The notes beneath the pieces were generated by a model that worked only from the letters and a program-made list of their open reading frames with translations, did no database searches and was not told where the DNA came from. Shown here in pieces: positions 26,361 through 35,116 of a DNA stretch of 64,000 nt. The translations under genes and the position numbers were made by a program. How positions within the stretch are numbered: the stretch's first letter is position 1; every line of letters starts with the position of its first letter. The stretch covers positions 29,102 through 93,101 of the forward strand of contig DASWBA010000183.1 in assembly GCA_036390825.1 (NCBI GenBank). The letters are read 5' to 3'. This DNA comes from Candidatus Dormiibacterota bacterium. Its GTDB lineage: Bacteria > Chloroflexota > Dormibacteria > CF-121.

Positions 26361-27407
26361 ATGAATGTCGATCAGGCGCTCGACCGGTTGCTGGAGTTGG
26401 CCGGCAGTGACCTGCTGATCAGCACCGGCAGCAAGCCGCGTATCCGCAAGGATGGCAAGCTGGAGTCGCTCGAAGGCGACGGCGCCGTGCTCACGGCGGC
26501 CGACGCCGAGCGGATGGTCCGTGACGTCCTGGATGCGGAGCAGCTCAGAGATCTGGAAAAGAAACGTCACGTCGACTTCAGCTTCACGTGGCGCGACCGG
26601 GCCCGGATCCGAGGCAATGCTTATTACCAGCGCAACTCGATGGCTGCTGCTTTTCGGTTGCTTCCACTCGAGATCCCAGGCTTCGACGTCCTCGGCATCC
26701 CCGAGTCGGTGCACAGACTGCTCGAGCGGCAGCGCGGCCTGATCTTGGTGACCGGACCCACGGGCTCTGGCAAGTCGACGACCCAGGCGGCGATGATCGA
26801 CCTGCTAAACGAAACCCGGCCCTACCACATCATCACGATCGAGGATCCGATCGAATACGTGCACAAGCATCGAATGTCGATCGTCGACCAACGCCAGGTC
26901 GGCGAGGATACGCCGTCTTTCGCGGAGGGATTGCGGGCGGCCCTTCGCGAAGACCCGGACGTCGTCCTCATCGGCGAGATGCGCGACCTCGAGACCATCA
27001 GTGCCGCCGTCTCGATTGCGGAGGCAGGTCACCTTGTGCTGGCCACGCTGCACACCAACGACGCCCCGCAAGCCCTCGATCGGATCATCGACAGCTACCT
27101 CGGGGCTCAACAGCAGCAAATCCGGATCCAGCTCGCAGGCTGCCTCGCCGGCGTCATCTACCAGCAGCTCTTGCCGGCAATCGGCGGCGGGCGCGTGGCT
27201 GCGTTCGAAGTCCTGATCGCCAACACCGCGGTCCGGGCGATGATCAAAGAGGGTCGGACGGATCAGATCCGGAGTGTGCTGCAGACCAGTCTTCGGGAAG
27301 GCTCACAGACGCTCGAGCGCTCATTGAATCAGCTGATGCGAGCCGGCCTGATCACTGAGAAAGACGCCCGGAGCCACTCGCTCAACCCAAACGAGATCCA
27401 CGCCTAG
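26361..27407 (+). CDS. pilT: Type IV pilus retraction ATPase
   Basis: ASDLLISTGSKPRIRKDG, LILVTGPTGSGKSTT, GEMRD, ATLHTN motifs. About 348 aa. Confidence 0.9.
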   Translation: MNVDQALDRLLELAGSDLLISTGSKPRIRKDGKLESLEGDGAVLTAADAERMVRDVLDAEQLRDLEKKRHVDFSFTWRDRARIRGNAYYQRNSMAAAFRLLPLEIPGFDVLGIPESVHRLLERQRGLILVTGPTGSGKSTTQAAMIDLLNETRPYHIITIEDPIEYVHKHRMSIVDQRQVGEDTPSFAEGLRAALREDPDVVLIGEMRDLETISAAVSIAEAGHLVLATLHTNDAPQALDRIIDSYLGAQQQQIRIQLAGCLAGVIYQQLLPAIGGGRVAAFEVLIANTAVRAMIKEGRTDQIRSVLQTSLREGSQTLERSLNQLMRAGLITEKDARSHSLNPNEIHA

Positions 27408-27789
27408 AACCGCCGGCTCGACCGAGCGCGACGCTGACCGCAGCCGCCCCTATCAGCGAAACTCCCGCGAATCCGACAAGGACTCCAGGCCACAATCCCA
27501 AAAGGGCCAGCGGCGCCAGCATGGCAGCCCCACATGACGCTTCCACGATCGGTGACCAGGCCCCGATGGCGGCGCCACAGCTGGCGCAGCGGCCTCCCCT
27601 GATCACGTAGCCACCGACCGGAATCAGATCGACAATGCCGAGCTCACGTCCGCACGAACGGCAGTGTGATCGAGGCCGCCAGAGCGACTCGTGGCGAGGC
27701 AACCGGTCGGTCGCGAGGTTGATGAAGCTGCCCAGCATCAAGCCGACGAGGACCAGATACGCGCTCAGGGTCGGGGTGACGCTTACCAA
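27382..27789 (-). CDS. Prepilin peptidase N-terminal (TM + 4-Cys zinc-finger, DiS-P-DiS) domain only; A24 aspartyl-protease domain absent
   Basis: LGSFINLATDRLP, CRSCGRELGIVDLIPV..GGRCASCGAAIG. The ORF ends after 135 aa and its 3' end overlaps the convergent pilT by 26 nt, so there is no room for the catalytic domain. Confidence 0.7.
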   Translation of the reverse strand: MVSVTPTLSAYLVLVGLMLGSFINLATDRLPRHESLWRPRSHCRSCGRELGIVDLIPVGGYVIRGGRCASCGAAIGAWSPIVEASCGAAMLAPLALLGLWPGVLVGFAGVSLIGAAAVSVALGRAGGSRRGSRLG

Positions 27790-27814
27790 TTCATTTCGTT
27801 GTTGTGCAAGGCCG

Positions 27815-27845
27815 AATAAGAAAGGGCGCCGCTGCTGCGGCGCCC
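27815..27845 (-). terminator. Rho-independent terminator after the major pilin gene
   Basis: On the minus strand: GGGCGCCGC-AGCA-GCGGCGCCC followed by TTTCTTATT. Confidence 0.85.
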
Positions 27846-27867
27846 TCCTCCCTCTCCAAACTGGCGA

Positions 27868-28341
27868 CTACTTTGGAACGCAGGCGTTGTTCGGCATCTG
27901 GGTGCCGTTCTTATCGGTGGCGATGGAATTGATCCTGCCGGACGCGTCCCAGGTGTAGAAGAACTGGGTGGTGCCGTTGCGCGTGTAGTTGGGATTTGAG
28001 GCTGATGGGTTGCCGACGTACAGCTTCACCGTGCCATTGAGCGGGGCGGCCCCGCCGGCGCCGGTCATGTCGTTGGTGTAGGTACCCTGGGAACCGGGAA
28101 GGGCAGACAGGTTGTTGTTGGCCATGTAGGCGTCGAGGGCTGCCTGCACCGTCTTGTATTCGGCGTTGCAAGATTGCACTGACGCATTGGTCGTCAGGCC
28201 GACCAGGCTGAGGGTGACGATGGCGGCGAGGACGCCGAGGATGGTCACGACAACGAGGAGTTCGATCAGCGTGAACCCCGCCTGCCCTTTGCGTCCACGC
28301 AGGTTCTTGTTGAACCATCCGTAAAGACCTTGACGATGCAT
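27868..28341 (-). CDS. Type IV (major) pilin with prepilin-type N-terminal cleavage/methylation motif
   Basis: G|FTLIELLVVVTILGVLAAIV. AAGGAG lies 8 nt upstream of the ATG at 28341 (the track GTG at 28350 abuts the SD). The gene is followed by a strong terminator. Confidence 0.85.
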   Translation of the reverse strand: MHRQGLYGWFNKNLRGRKGQAGFTLIELLVVVTILGVLAAIVTLSLVGLTTNASVQSCNAEYKTVQAALDAYMANNNLSALPGSQGTYTNDMTGAGGAAPLNGTVKLYVGNPSASNPNYTRNGTTQFFYTWDASGRINSIATDKNGTQMPNNACVPK

Positions 28342-28508
28342 ATGCTTCACTCCTTAAACCCCAGCTACCCGCCGCAAACGGCGGAATCAGGCTTGCCTTT
28401 GATCTACCTGGGCCCAATCTAGGAGGAGGCCCCGCAAACCTGAATAGAGGGAATGACCCATAGCGTGGGCGGCGGTCCCTATCGGTGCTGGGCCAGAACG
28501 CGATGGGT

Positions 28509-28682
28509 CTAGCGAAGTCCCATGAGAGTGGCGGCCAGGGCCACCAGCACGCCGGCGGCGGGAGCAAACAGGGCGCAGCCCCGGCGCGCGATCTTGGCGG
28601 AGCGCGACTTAGGTTCGCCGATCAGATTGATCTCGACCAGCGGGCGGCGCCGTTCCACCCGCTCCTGTCGCTTCCGCTTCAT
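28509..28682 (-). CDS. Small single-pass membrane protein, PilN-like N-terminal region
   Basis: MKRKRQERVERRRPLVEINLIGEP...FAPAAGVLVALAATLMGL. The ATG overlaps the pilM stop (ATGA). Confidence 0.45.
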   Translation of the reverse strand: MKRKRQERVERRRPLVEINLIGEPKSRSAKIARRGCALFAPAAGVLVALAATLMGLR

Positions 28683-29542
28683 GGGCTCCGCCGCATGAGT
28701 AGGCCCAAGCACGTCAGGTAGGTCGCATGACGAAAGTCCTGTGGCACTCGAGCGGGCATCTGAAGCGGTACCACCGGGTGTTCCAGTTGCAGGCTCAAAG
28801 TGGTCGCGAAGCCCGATGACATGGCCTGCTCGCCGGCGACGATGATTGGCGCAGTGGAATAGAACTCGGTATCGCGGCGCCGCTTGTAGAAGCGCAGGAC
28901 GGTACGCAGCGGACCGGTAAGAGCAGGCGCGACGTCCTCGCCCGCGGCGACATCGAGTCGAAAGCTGTGCCAAACCTGGGGTATGTGGTGGTCGATCAAA
29001 ACAATCTCGACCGGGTTCGAGGACATGTCAACCACCACACAGGCGGCTTCGGTGACCGCCCGCGCCACGCAAGCCGACTTCAGATCGACCGCGATCGGAT
29101 CAACGCCGGCGAATCTGGCAGCTTCGGTGATGTTCTTTACCTGTGACCGATCCCACGCCACCGCGTATACGAGACGATGATCCGGGCCGGATTTCAACTC
29201 GAGCCATCGCGTGGCCATACGCTCCGGGTCGAGCGGCAGCTCCCTCGCCACGGCTGCGTCAACGTCCTGATCGGTGGCAGCCGGCGCAAGCTTGACCACC
29301 CTGAAGGTCGCGACGGAATCGCTGGCGGCTATGAGGGCGCGCGTCTCCTCGATTTCCGTCCGAGCCAAAAGCTGGCGCAGGGCTGTGCCGACGCCGTTCG
29401 TGTCCAGGACCTTGCCGTCAACGAGGGACCCTGCGGGAGTTCCACCGGATCCGCACCGCATCAGGCCGCCCAGGGCGCCGGCGACAACTCGAATCTGGCC
29501 TCCGGTGAGGTCGATGGCTACGCGTGTTGCAGGCCCCGGCAC
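28679..29542 (-). CDS. pilM: Type IV pilus assembly protein PilM-like (actin-like ATPase fold)
   Basis: VAIDLTGGQIRVVAG N-terminal phosphate-1-like motif, appropriate size, and position in the pilus operon. Confidence 0.65.
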   Translation of the reverse strand: MPGPATRVAIDLTGGQIRVVAGALGGLMRCGSGGTPAGSLVDGKVLDTNGVGTALRQLLARTEIEETRALIAASDSVATFRVVKLAPAATDQDVDAAVARELPLDPERMATRWLELKSGPDHRLVYAVAWDRSQVKNITEAARFAGVDPIAVDLKSACVARAVTEAACVVVDMSSNPVEIVLIDHHIPQVWHSFRLDVAAGEDVAPALTGPLRTVLRFYKRRRDTEFYSTAPIIVAGEQAMSSGFATTLSLQLEHPVVPLQMPARVPQDFRHATYLTCLGLLMRRSP

Positions 29543-29545
29543 GTG

Positions 29546-31171
29546 TCAGGGGGAATAGTACGACCAGCCCTGGACGTGGACCGTCTGTGGGCTGCCGGCA
29601 ACTCCCACCTCGACCCGTGTCCACAGACGCGGGTTGGCGCCGGAGCAAGCCGGCGGCGCCGCGCTTATGCAGGTGGTCAAAACAGCGTCGCGGGCATCGA
29701 GCGATACCAGGTAAAGATTCGAATCCGCGGAGCCGAAATATATGCAGATGCCTGCTGGGCACGGGGCCAGGATCGGCGAGCTCCGGATCGCGCCTGCGGT
29801 TCCGTAGTTAGCGGCCAGTGTCATGGCCGTGGTCCCGGCCGGCTTCTGCACCTCATATATCTGTCCGTTGGTGGTGCCGAAGAACCAGTCTCCCCCACCG
29901 TCGGCGGCGGGCGAAGTTCGAATGGACGACCCCCCGGGGTAAGACGCATAAAGGTTCAAGTTCGTGTCGAGCACGTATAGCGTGCCGTTCGTCCCAGCCA
30001 CACCGATCAAATTTCCGGCGGGACAATGACACCAGTAAGGATCGTTCGTGACCCCGGACCCGACCGAGCCGACTGCCAGCGTACTGGGGTCGAAAGTTGA
30101 GTCGATCCGGAGCATCGCGACAGTACCGGATGAGAACGTGACAGCCAGTCTGGTGGGTGCGGTGCTCTGCTCGACCGCCAGGCCGACCGCACCGGAGGTC
30201 GGCAAGGCCCAGTTATCGGACAGGTTGAATCGCCCCGAGCTGTAGGTGTAGTGGAGGAAGCGGCTTGGCGAGGAATTGGCAACCACGAAGACCTCGTCCT
30301 TATTGCCGTTCGCAAGCACGATTGGCCCTCCGACTATCGCGCCGTAGCCCGTAGAGACGCTTGCCTGCCGGGCACATAGACCACTTTCGGTTGCCGAAAC
30401 TGCATACAGCGCGCCATCTGCGTCACCGAGGAAAGTCAGAGCCGGAAACGGGGCTCCCCCTGCAGCGGGAGCGGTTGTCACCGGGGCGGCTGTGGTCATG
30501 TAGCACTGGAGCTGCCATGGGGCGGATCCAGGGGGATCCTCGAGCAGCAATGCCACGCACGCTGAGCCGCAAGGGGGCCCGAAGGCAGGCGATGCGGTGG
30601 CATTCGAGACTGGGACGAGGTTCGAGATCTGGTTGGCGTCGCTGACATCCGGCATCGCCATGGGCGGACCGGTCACCGAGCCACCCAGCGATTGCGACCA
30701 AGTGGCGATGCTCTGGCCGTACTGAAAGGCGAAGACATTGCCGCCGGAATCGCCGACAAGATACTCGTCGCGCCCAATCACGTTGACGTGGCTTGCGTCG
30801 ATTGTGAACGGGGCTGATGACGCGATCTGCCTGAAAGCCGGCAGCGACCTCTGGTCCACTACTGGGGCACAGCTCACGACCGAGACCGCCGCCGTCTGGC
30901 CGTTCAGCGTCAGAGCGCTGGGGGTCGGGCAGCCCGAATTGAGCGCCGTGTTCTGCAGCTGGTTGAGCGCAAGTTCGGCGGCCGAGTTCACGGTCGCCTC
31001 TGTGCCCACCCGATCGACCAACGCGTTTGACAGCAAGAAGTTGGTCGAAAGCTCAGTCATCAAAGCGCCCGCGATGATGGCGAGGAAAGCCACCATGATG
31101 AGCACGCCACTGAGCACGCTGCCCCGTTGAGACCGCCTCCTGTCCGCGAGCAGGGCGCGAAGCGCCTTCAC
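29546..31171 (-). CDS. Membrane-anchored PQQ-like beta-propeller protein with PilX/minor-pilin-like N-terminal helix (no Glu+5)
   Basis: N-terminal hydrophobic helix VLSGVLIMVAFLAIIAGALMTEL. Repeated G-x-(L/V/I)-(Y/F)-(A/V/E) blades (GNVFAF, GALYAV, GTLYVL, GQIYEV, SNLYLV). GTG at 31171 overlaps the upstream stop. Confidence 0.6.
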   Translation of the reverse strand: MKALRALLADRRRSQRGSVLSGVLIMVAFLAIIAGALMTELSTNFLLSNALVDRVGTEATVNSAAELALNQLQNTALNSGCPTPSALTLNGQTAAVSVVSCAPVVDQRSLPAFRQIASSAPFTIDASHVNVIGRDEYLVGDSGGNVFAFQYGQSIATWSQSLGGSVTGPPMAMPDVSDANQISNLVPVSNATASPAFGPPCGSACVALLLEDPPGSAPWQLQCYMTTAAPVTTAPAAGGAPFPALTFLGDADGALYAVSATESGLCARQASVSTGYGAIVGGPIVLANGNKDEVFVVANSSPSRFLHYTYSSGRFNLSDNWALPTSGAVGLAVEQSTAPTRLAVTFSSGTVAMLRIDSTFDPSTLAVGSVGSGVTNDPYWCHCPAGNLIGVAGTNGTLYVLDTNLNLYASYPGGSSIRTSPAADGGGDWFFGTTNGQIYEVQKPAGTTAMTLAANYGTAGAIRSSPILAPCPAGICIYFGSADSNLYLVSLDARDAVLTTCISAAPPACSGANPRLWTRVEVGVAGSPQTVHVQGWSYYSP

Positions 31172-31707
31172 GGATTCACTCGCGGATAGAAACGGAGCGT
31201 CTGGGTCTCCGTGTAGGACTGGACGGTCACTGAAATCGTCACCACCACCGTTTGATGCGAGCCCGAACCATCCAGGTACCACGAGAAGGCGGTCACGCCG
31301 TTCGCTGCCTCGACCGCTGGATTGCTGTTCACCTGACGCGTAAGAAGGCTGGAGCCGTCCCACGCGTATGTCACCTGGTATGAAGACATCACCGGGTTGG
31401 CCGCGTTGCTCGCCTGCACGCCTTGCAGGACGATTGGGGTCGTGCACGGCCTGGCCGCCGTCGCGGCGCAGCCACTCGGGGTCGGAAGATTGCTGAGCGC
31501 AAAATCGTCATAGGCCTCGAACTGGAAATTGCGGATCTGGCCACTGGCCTCGATCCGGCTGGTGGCGGTCGTTCCAGCTCGCCACGTCGTCAACACCACT
31601 GACGTCAGACCCGTCATCAGGAAGAGCCCGATCGCGGACGCGACGATCAGCTCCACCAGCGTGTAGCCGCTCTGGTCTTTGGCGTAACGCAGGAGGGTCG
31701 CCTTCAT
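31168..31707 (-). CDS. Minor pilin / pseudopilin (prepilin-type N-terminal motif)
   Basis: MKATLLRYAKDQSG|YTLVELIVASAIGLFL. The ATG overlaps the upstream stop (ATGA). Confidence 0.75.
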   Translation of the reverse strand: MKATLLRYAKDQSGYTLVELIVASAIGLFLMTGLTSVVLTTWRAGTTATSRIEASGQIRNFQFEAYDDFALSNLPTPSGCAATAARPCTTPIVLQGVQASNAANPVMSSYQVTYAWDGSSLLTRQVNSNPAVEAANGVTAFSWYLDGSGSHQTVVVTISVTVQSYTETQTLRFYPRVNP

Positions 31708-32162
31708 CGGCTGACTTTGATGACCTGGATCGTGTTGCCCACCTGGCCTGCGCCAGGCAAGGAGACGACGGTGATTGACCACAGCTGCGAGTTCGGGCTG
31801 GGCCCGGCGGCCACGGCTACATCCGCTCGGAGCACGTATGAGCTGTCCACGCATACGCCTTGAAAGCTCGCCGCGGGCGTGGGCGGACTCGTAGCGTCCT
31901 CGGTCGCAAAGCAGTCGGAATAGGAGACCGACGAGCTGTTGTAGACCCCACCGCTGATCTGTTCCAGCTCGTACTGGACGACCGCCACCGCGGCAGTGTT
32001 GCGCTTCGCCAGCGTGGCCTGGATGAGGCCGGTGCTGAACGCGCCCACGAGCAAGACAAGCGCCAGACCCATGATCACCATGCTCACGAGCAGCTCGACC
32101 AGCGTCGCGCCGGATTGGGCCTGGCGCCGGTCGCGCGGCCACCACGCAGGCGGGCGTGGCAT
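31704..32162 (-). CDS. Minor pilin / pseudopilin (prepilin-type N-terminal motif)
   Basis: ...RRQAQSG|ATLVELLVSMVIMGLALVLL. The start overlaps the pilC stop. Confidence 0.75.
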   Translation of the reverse strand: MPRPPAWWPRDRRQAQSGATLVELLVSMVIMGLALVLLVGAFSTGLIQATLAKRNTAAVAVVQYELEQISGGVYNSSSVSYSDCFATEDATSPPTPAASFQGVCVDSSYVLRADVAVAAGPSPNSQLWSITVVSLPGAGQVGNTIQVIKVSR

Positions 32163-33376
32163 CAGTGGACGGCTTTGAGCAGGCCGTACATGGGGAGGAT
32201 CACCGAGACCGCGACGAAACCGACGGCTCCGCCGACCGCAATGACCAGCGCCGGCTCCATGAGCGCGATCATGTTCCGGACTTTGTAGTCCATCTCCTCG
32301 CTGAGGAAATCGGCGATCTGCTCGAGGCTCGAGTCAAGAGTCCCCGTCTCCTCGCCGACGCGGATCATGCGAATCATCATCGGAGCGAACAATCCGGTCG
32401 CTTCCAATGGCGCCGAGAAGCCGTCGCCGGTGACCATGCGCTGCTTGACCGACTCGAGGCCGCGCCGGTACTTGATGTTTCCTGATGCGGCGAGGGCGAC
32501 GTCGAACGTCTGGCTGATCGGGATGCCTGCTCTGAGCATCGTCGAGAGCGTTCGAGTGAAGCGCTCGATGATTCCGTAAGTCACGATGCTCCCGAGCACC
32601 GGAAGACGCAGGATCGCGTAATCCCAGAAAACGCGGCCCAGCCGGCTATGCATGAACAGGAGGATTGCGGCGATTATGAAGAAGAGGCCGAGCACGATCT
32701 CGATCCGCCAGGCCTGTGCAAAGACTCCAACCCCCAACAGGATCCGGGTAGGAAGCGGCAACTGAGCCTTGAACTCGTGAAAGATCGATACGAAGTTGGG
32801 CAGCACGAAGACGATGAGGACCGTACAGACGGCGATCGCGAGCAGAAGGATGACCGCCGGGTAGATCATCGCGCTCCGCAGTTTCTTGATGGCCGTATCC
32901 TGCCGTTGCAGGTACGCAGCGACCTGGGCTAGAACTCGGTCTAACGTCCCGCTGTATTCCGCGGCGCGGACCATATCGACGTACAGCTGGTTGAAAACGC
33001 TTGGGTGATGCTGGATGGAAGTCGAAAAGGCTTCTCCGGCGTCGAGGTCTTCGCAAATGTCTTCGAGCGCCGCGCGGAAGGCTCCCGAGCTGGAAGCTCC
33101 CTGCAGAAGCTTGATGGCGTCGGTGATGGGAACTCCGACCTTGATGAAGGTAGAGAGCTGCCGAGAGAACAGAACAAGATCGGAGGTGCTGACTCGGAAA
33201 AACGTGGGCAGCTCGCGGTAGATCCAGCGCCAGCCGTTCCTTGCCGGGCGTACGGACACCACCCGATAGCCACGATCGAGCAAGCTGCGGTGCATCGTCG
33301 CCGCGTTGGCACTCGTGGCGACCTTCTCTTCCAGGTTTCCTTGCGGTGAATAGGCGCGATACGCGAACTTGCCGAT
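32162..33376 (-). CDS. pilC: Type IV pilus platform protein (GspF/PilC family); start proposed at ATC 33376 (first ATG is 33295)
   Basis: Two T2SSF domains. The conserved N-terminus (I)GKFAYRAYSPQGNLEEKVATS lies upstream of the first ATG, in an open frame preceded by GGAGGGG. Confidence 0.85.
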   Translation of the reverse strand: MGKFAYRAYSPQGNLEEKVATSANAATMHRSLLDRGYRVVSVRPARNGWRWIYRELPTFFRVSTSDLVLFSRQLSTFIKVGVPITDAIKLLQGASSSGAFRAALEDICEDLDAGEAFSTSIQHHPSVFNQLYVDMVRAAEYSGTLDRVLAQVAAYLQRQDTAIKKLRSAMIYPAVILLLAIAVCTVLIVFVLPNFVSIFHEFKAQLPLPTRILLGVGVFAQAWRIEIVLGLFFIIAAILLFMHSRLGRVFWDYAILRLPVLGSIVTYGIIERFTRTLSTMLRAGIPISQTFDVALAASGNIKYRRGLESVKQRMVTGDGFSAPLEATGLFAPMMIRMIRVGEETGTLDSSLEQIADFLSEEMDYKVRNMIALMEPALVIAVGGAVGFVAVSVILPMYGLLKAVH

Positions 33377-33391
33377 GACTGATGCCCCTCC

Positions 33392-35116
33392 TCAGATGAT
33401 GTAGACGCTGCGTAGGACTTCGCCGACGGTTGTAACGCCGGCCGTGATCTTGTCCCACGCGTCAACCCGAAGCGGCACCATCCCGGACTTGACTGCGGCT
33501 TCGAGGATCTCCCGGTGACTCGCCTTGGCGATCACGAGGTGCTTGACCTCGTCCGTCATGGTGAGCACCTCGAAGACGCCGATGCGGTCGTAGTAGCCGG
33601 TCATGTTGCAGCGACTGCAGCCCTGGCCATGGAATAGCTGTTTGGGCGCGGGCATGCCAAGCGACGCGGCGAATTCGACTTCTTCCGCATTCGGGACAGT
33701 GGGCACCTTGCAGCCATCACACGTCTTTCGAACCAAGCGCTGGGCCACGATCGCGATTACGGACGACGCGATCAGAAAGCCTTCAATCCCCATGTCCGTG
33801 AACCGCAGCAAAGCGCCGACAGCGTCGGTGGCATGCAGCGAAGACAGAACCAGATGGCCCGTCAACGCGGACTGGACGGCAATCTCGGCGGTCTCCCGGT
33901 CACGGATCTCGCCCACCAGAATGATGTCGGGATCCTGACGAAGGATTGCCCGCAGACCGTTGGCAAAGCTGATGTCGGCCAGCTTGTTGATCTGGCTCTG
34001 GTTGATGTTGTCGAACATGTACTCGACGGGATCCTCGATCGTCATGATGTTGCGGACCTGTTGATCGAGCTCGTGGATCGATGCGTATAGAGTCGTGGTC
34101 TTTCCGCTACCGGTCGGGCCTGAGACGATCATCATTCCGTACGGTGAATGCAGCATGCGGTGGTATTCCTCATACGCGCCGCGCGAGAACCCGAGCTGAG
34201 GCAGAGTGATCAGCGACCGACTTCGGTCGAGCAACCTCATTACCAGCTTTTCTCCCCAGATCGTTTCGATGGTCGCCACCCTGACGTCCAGCTCGCGGCC
34301 GTCAACATTGACGCTGATCTGACCGTCCTGGGCTCGTCGGCGCTCGACGATGTTCATGCCCGCCATGATCTTCACCCGGGAGGCAAGCGCGGCCCCCGTC
34401 GAGGTCGGTAAATGCGCCATGTCCTGAAGCACGCCGTCGATGCGGAATCGGACCCGGAGGAAATCCTTCTGCGGCTCGATGTGGATGTCGGAGGCCCTGT
34501 CTCGCAGTCCTTGCGTTATCAGCAGGTTCACGATCTCAACGGCCGGCGACGCCGCCGTGATGTTCGCGAGCTCCAGAGTCACCACTCGGTCAAACCCCAG
34601 CTGTGGCCGCGACTCCTGCAAGGTTCGCGCGGCTTCCTGCAGGCGCGGACGCATGCTGTGGACTCGACTGAGGTTGGCCAGAATATCCGAAGGGCTGGCT
34701 ATGTAAGCCACGACCGGCAAGCCGGTGATGAGCCGAATGTCGTTCAAGAGCGGAAGGTTGCTCGGGTCGCTCATCGCGACGGCCACGTGGCCGTTATCAC
34801 GACGGAGGGGAATCACCACGTGACGTCGGGCAAAGTCTTCCGGCACCATCCGCGCCACGTCGGCGTCGACCTCGCCGTGCTTCAGGTCTGCGATCGGGGC
34901 ATCGAGGTGGCCGCTCAGGGCCTGAGTCAGGCTGTCCTCACGCAGGGCTCCCTGGATCACGAGCACCACCCCTAGCGGCGCGAGGGTGGTTCTTTGGGTT
35001 GCCAGCGCACGCGCGAGCTGATCCTCTGTGATCAGGCCGTCGCTGACCAGAACCTCTCCGAGGCGTCGTTCGGGCGACGACATAGATGCGGGCGGAGCGT
35101 CGTCGAGCTCGAGCAC
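33392..35116 (-). CDS. pilB: Type IV pilus assembly (extension) ATPase, GspE/PilB family
   Basis: N-terminal GSPII_E_N-like RLGEVLVSDGLITEDQLARAL. Walker A VSGPTGSGKTTT, GEIRD, SSLHATD, and a CxxC...CxxC zinc site. Confidence 0.9.
   Translation of the reverse strand: MLELDDAPPASMSSPERRLGEVLVSDGLITEDQLARALATQRTTLAPLGVVLVIQGALREDSLTQALSGHLDAPIADLKHGEVDADVARMVPEDFARRHVVIPLRRDNGHVAVAMSDPSNLPLLNDIRLITGLPVVAYIASPSDILANLSRVHSMRPRLQEAARTLQESRPQLGFDRVVTLELANITAASPAVEIVNLLITQGLRDRASDIHIEPQKDFLRVRFRIDGVLQDMAHLPTSTGAALASRVKIMAGMNIVERRRAQDGQISVNVDGRELDVRVATIETIWGEKLVMRLLDRSRSLITLPQLGFSRGAYEEYHRMLHSPYGMMIVSGPTGSGKTTTLYASIHELDQQVRNIMTIEDPVEYMFDNINQSQINKLADISFANGLRAILRQDPDIILVGEIRDRETAEIAVQSALTGHLVLSSLHATDAVGALLRFTDMGIEGFLIASSVIAIVAQRLVRKTCDGCKVPTVPNAEEVEFAASLGMPAPKQLFHGQGCSRCNMTGYYDRIGVFEVLTMTDEVKHLVIAKASHREILEAAVKSGMVPLRVDAWDKITAGVTTVGEVLRSVYII

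Noticed and set aside
33392-33394. The idea that TGA is reassigned (code 4/25) because the pilB TGA is in frame with pilC.
   Set aside because: TGA terminates many well-bounded genes in this window at exactly the expected family lengths, often as ATGA/GTGA couplings. A reassigned code is not supported. Occasional read-through at this one site remains a formal alternative to ATC initiation.
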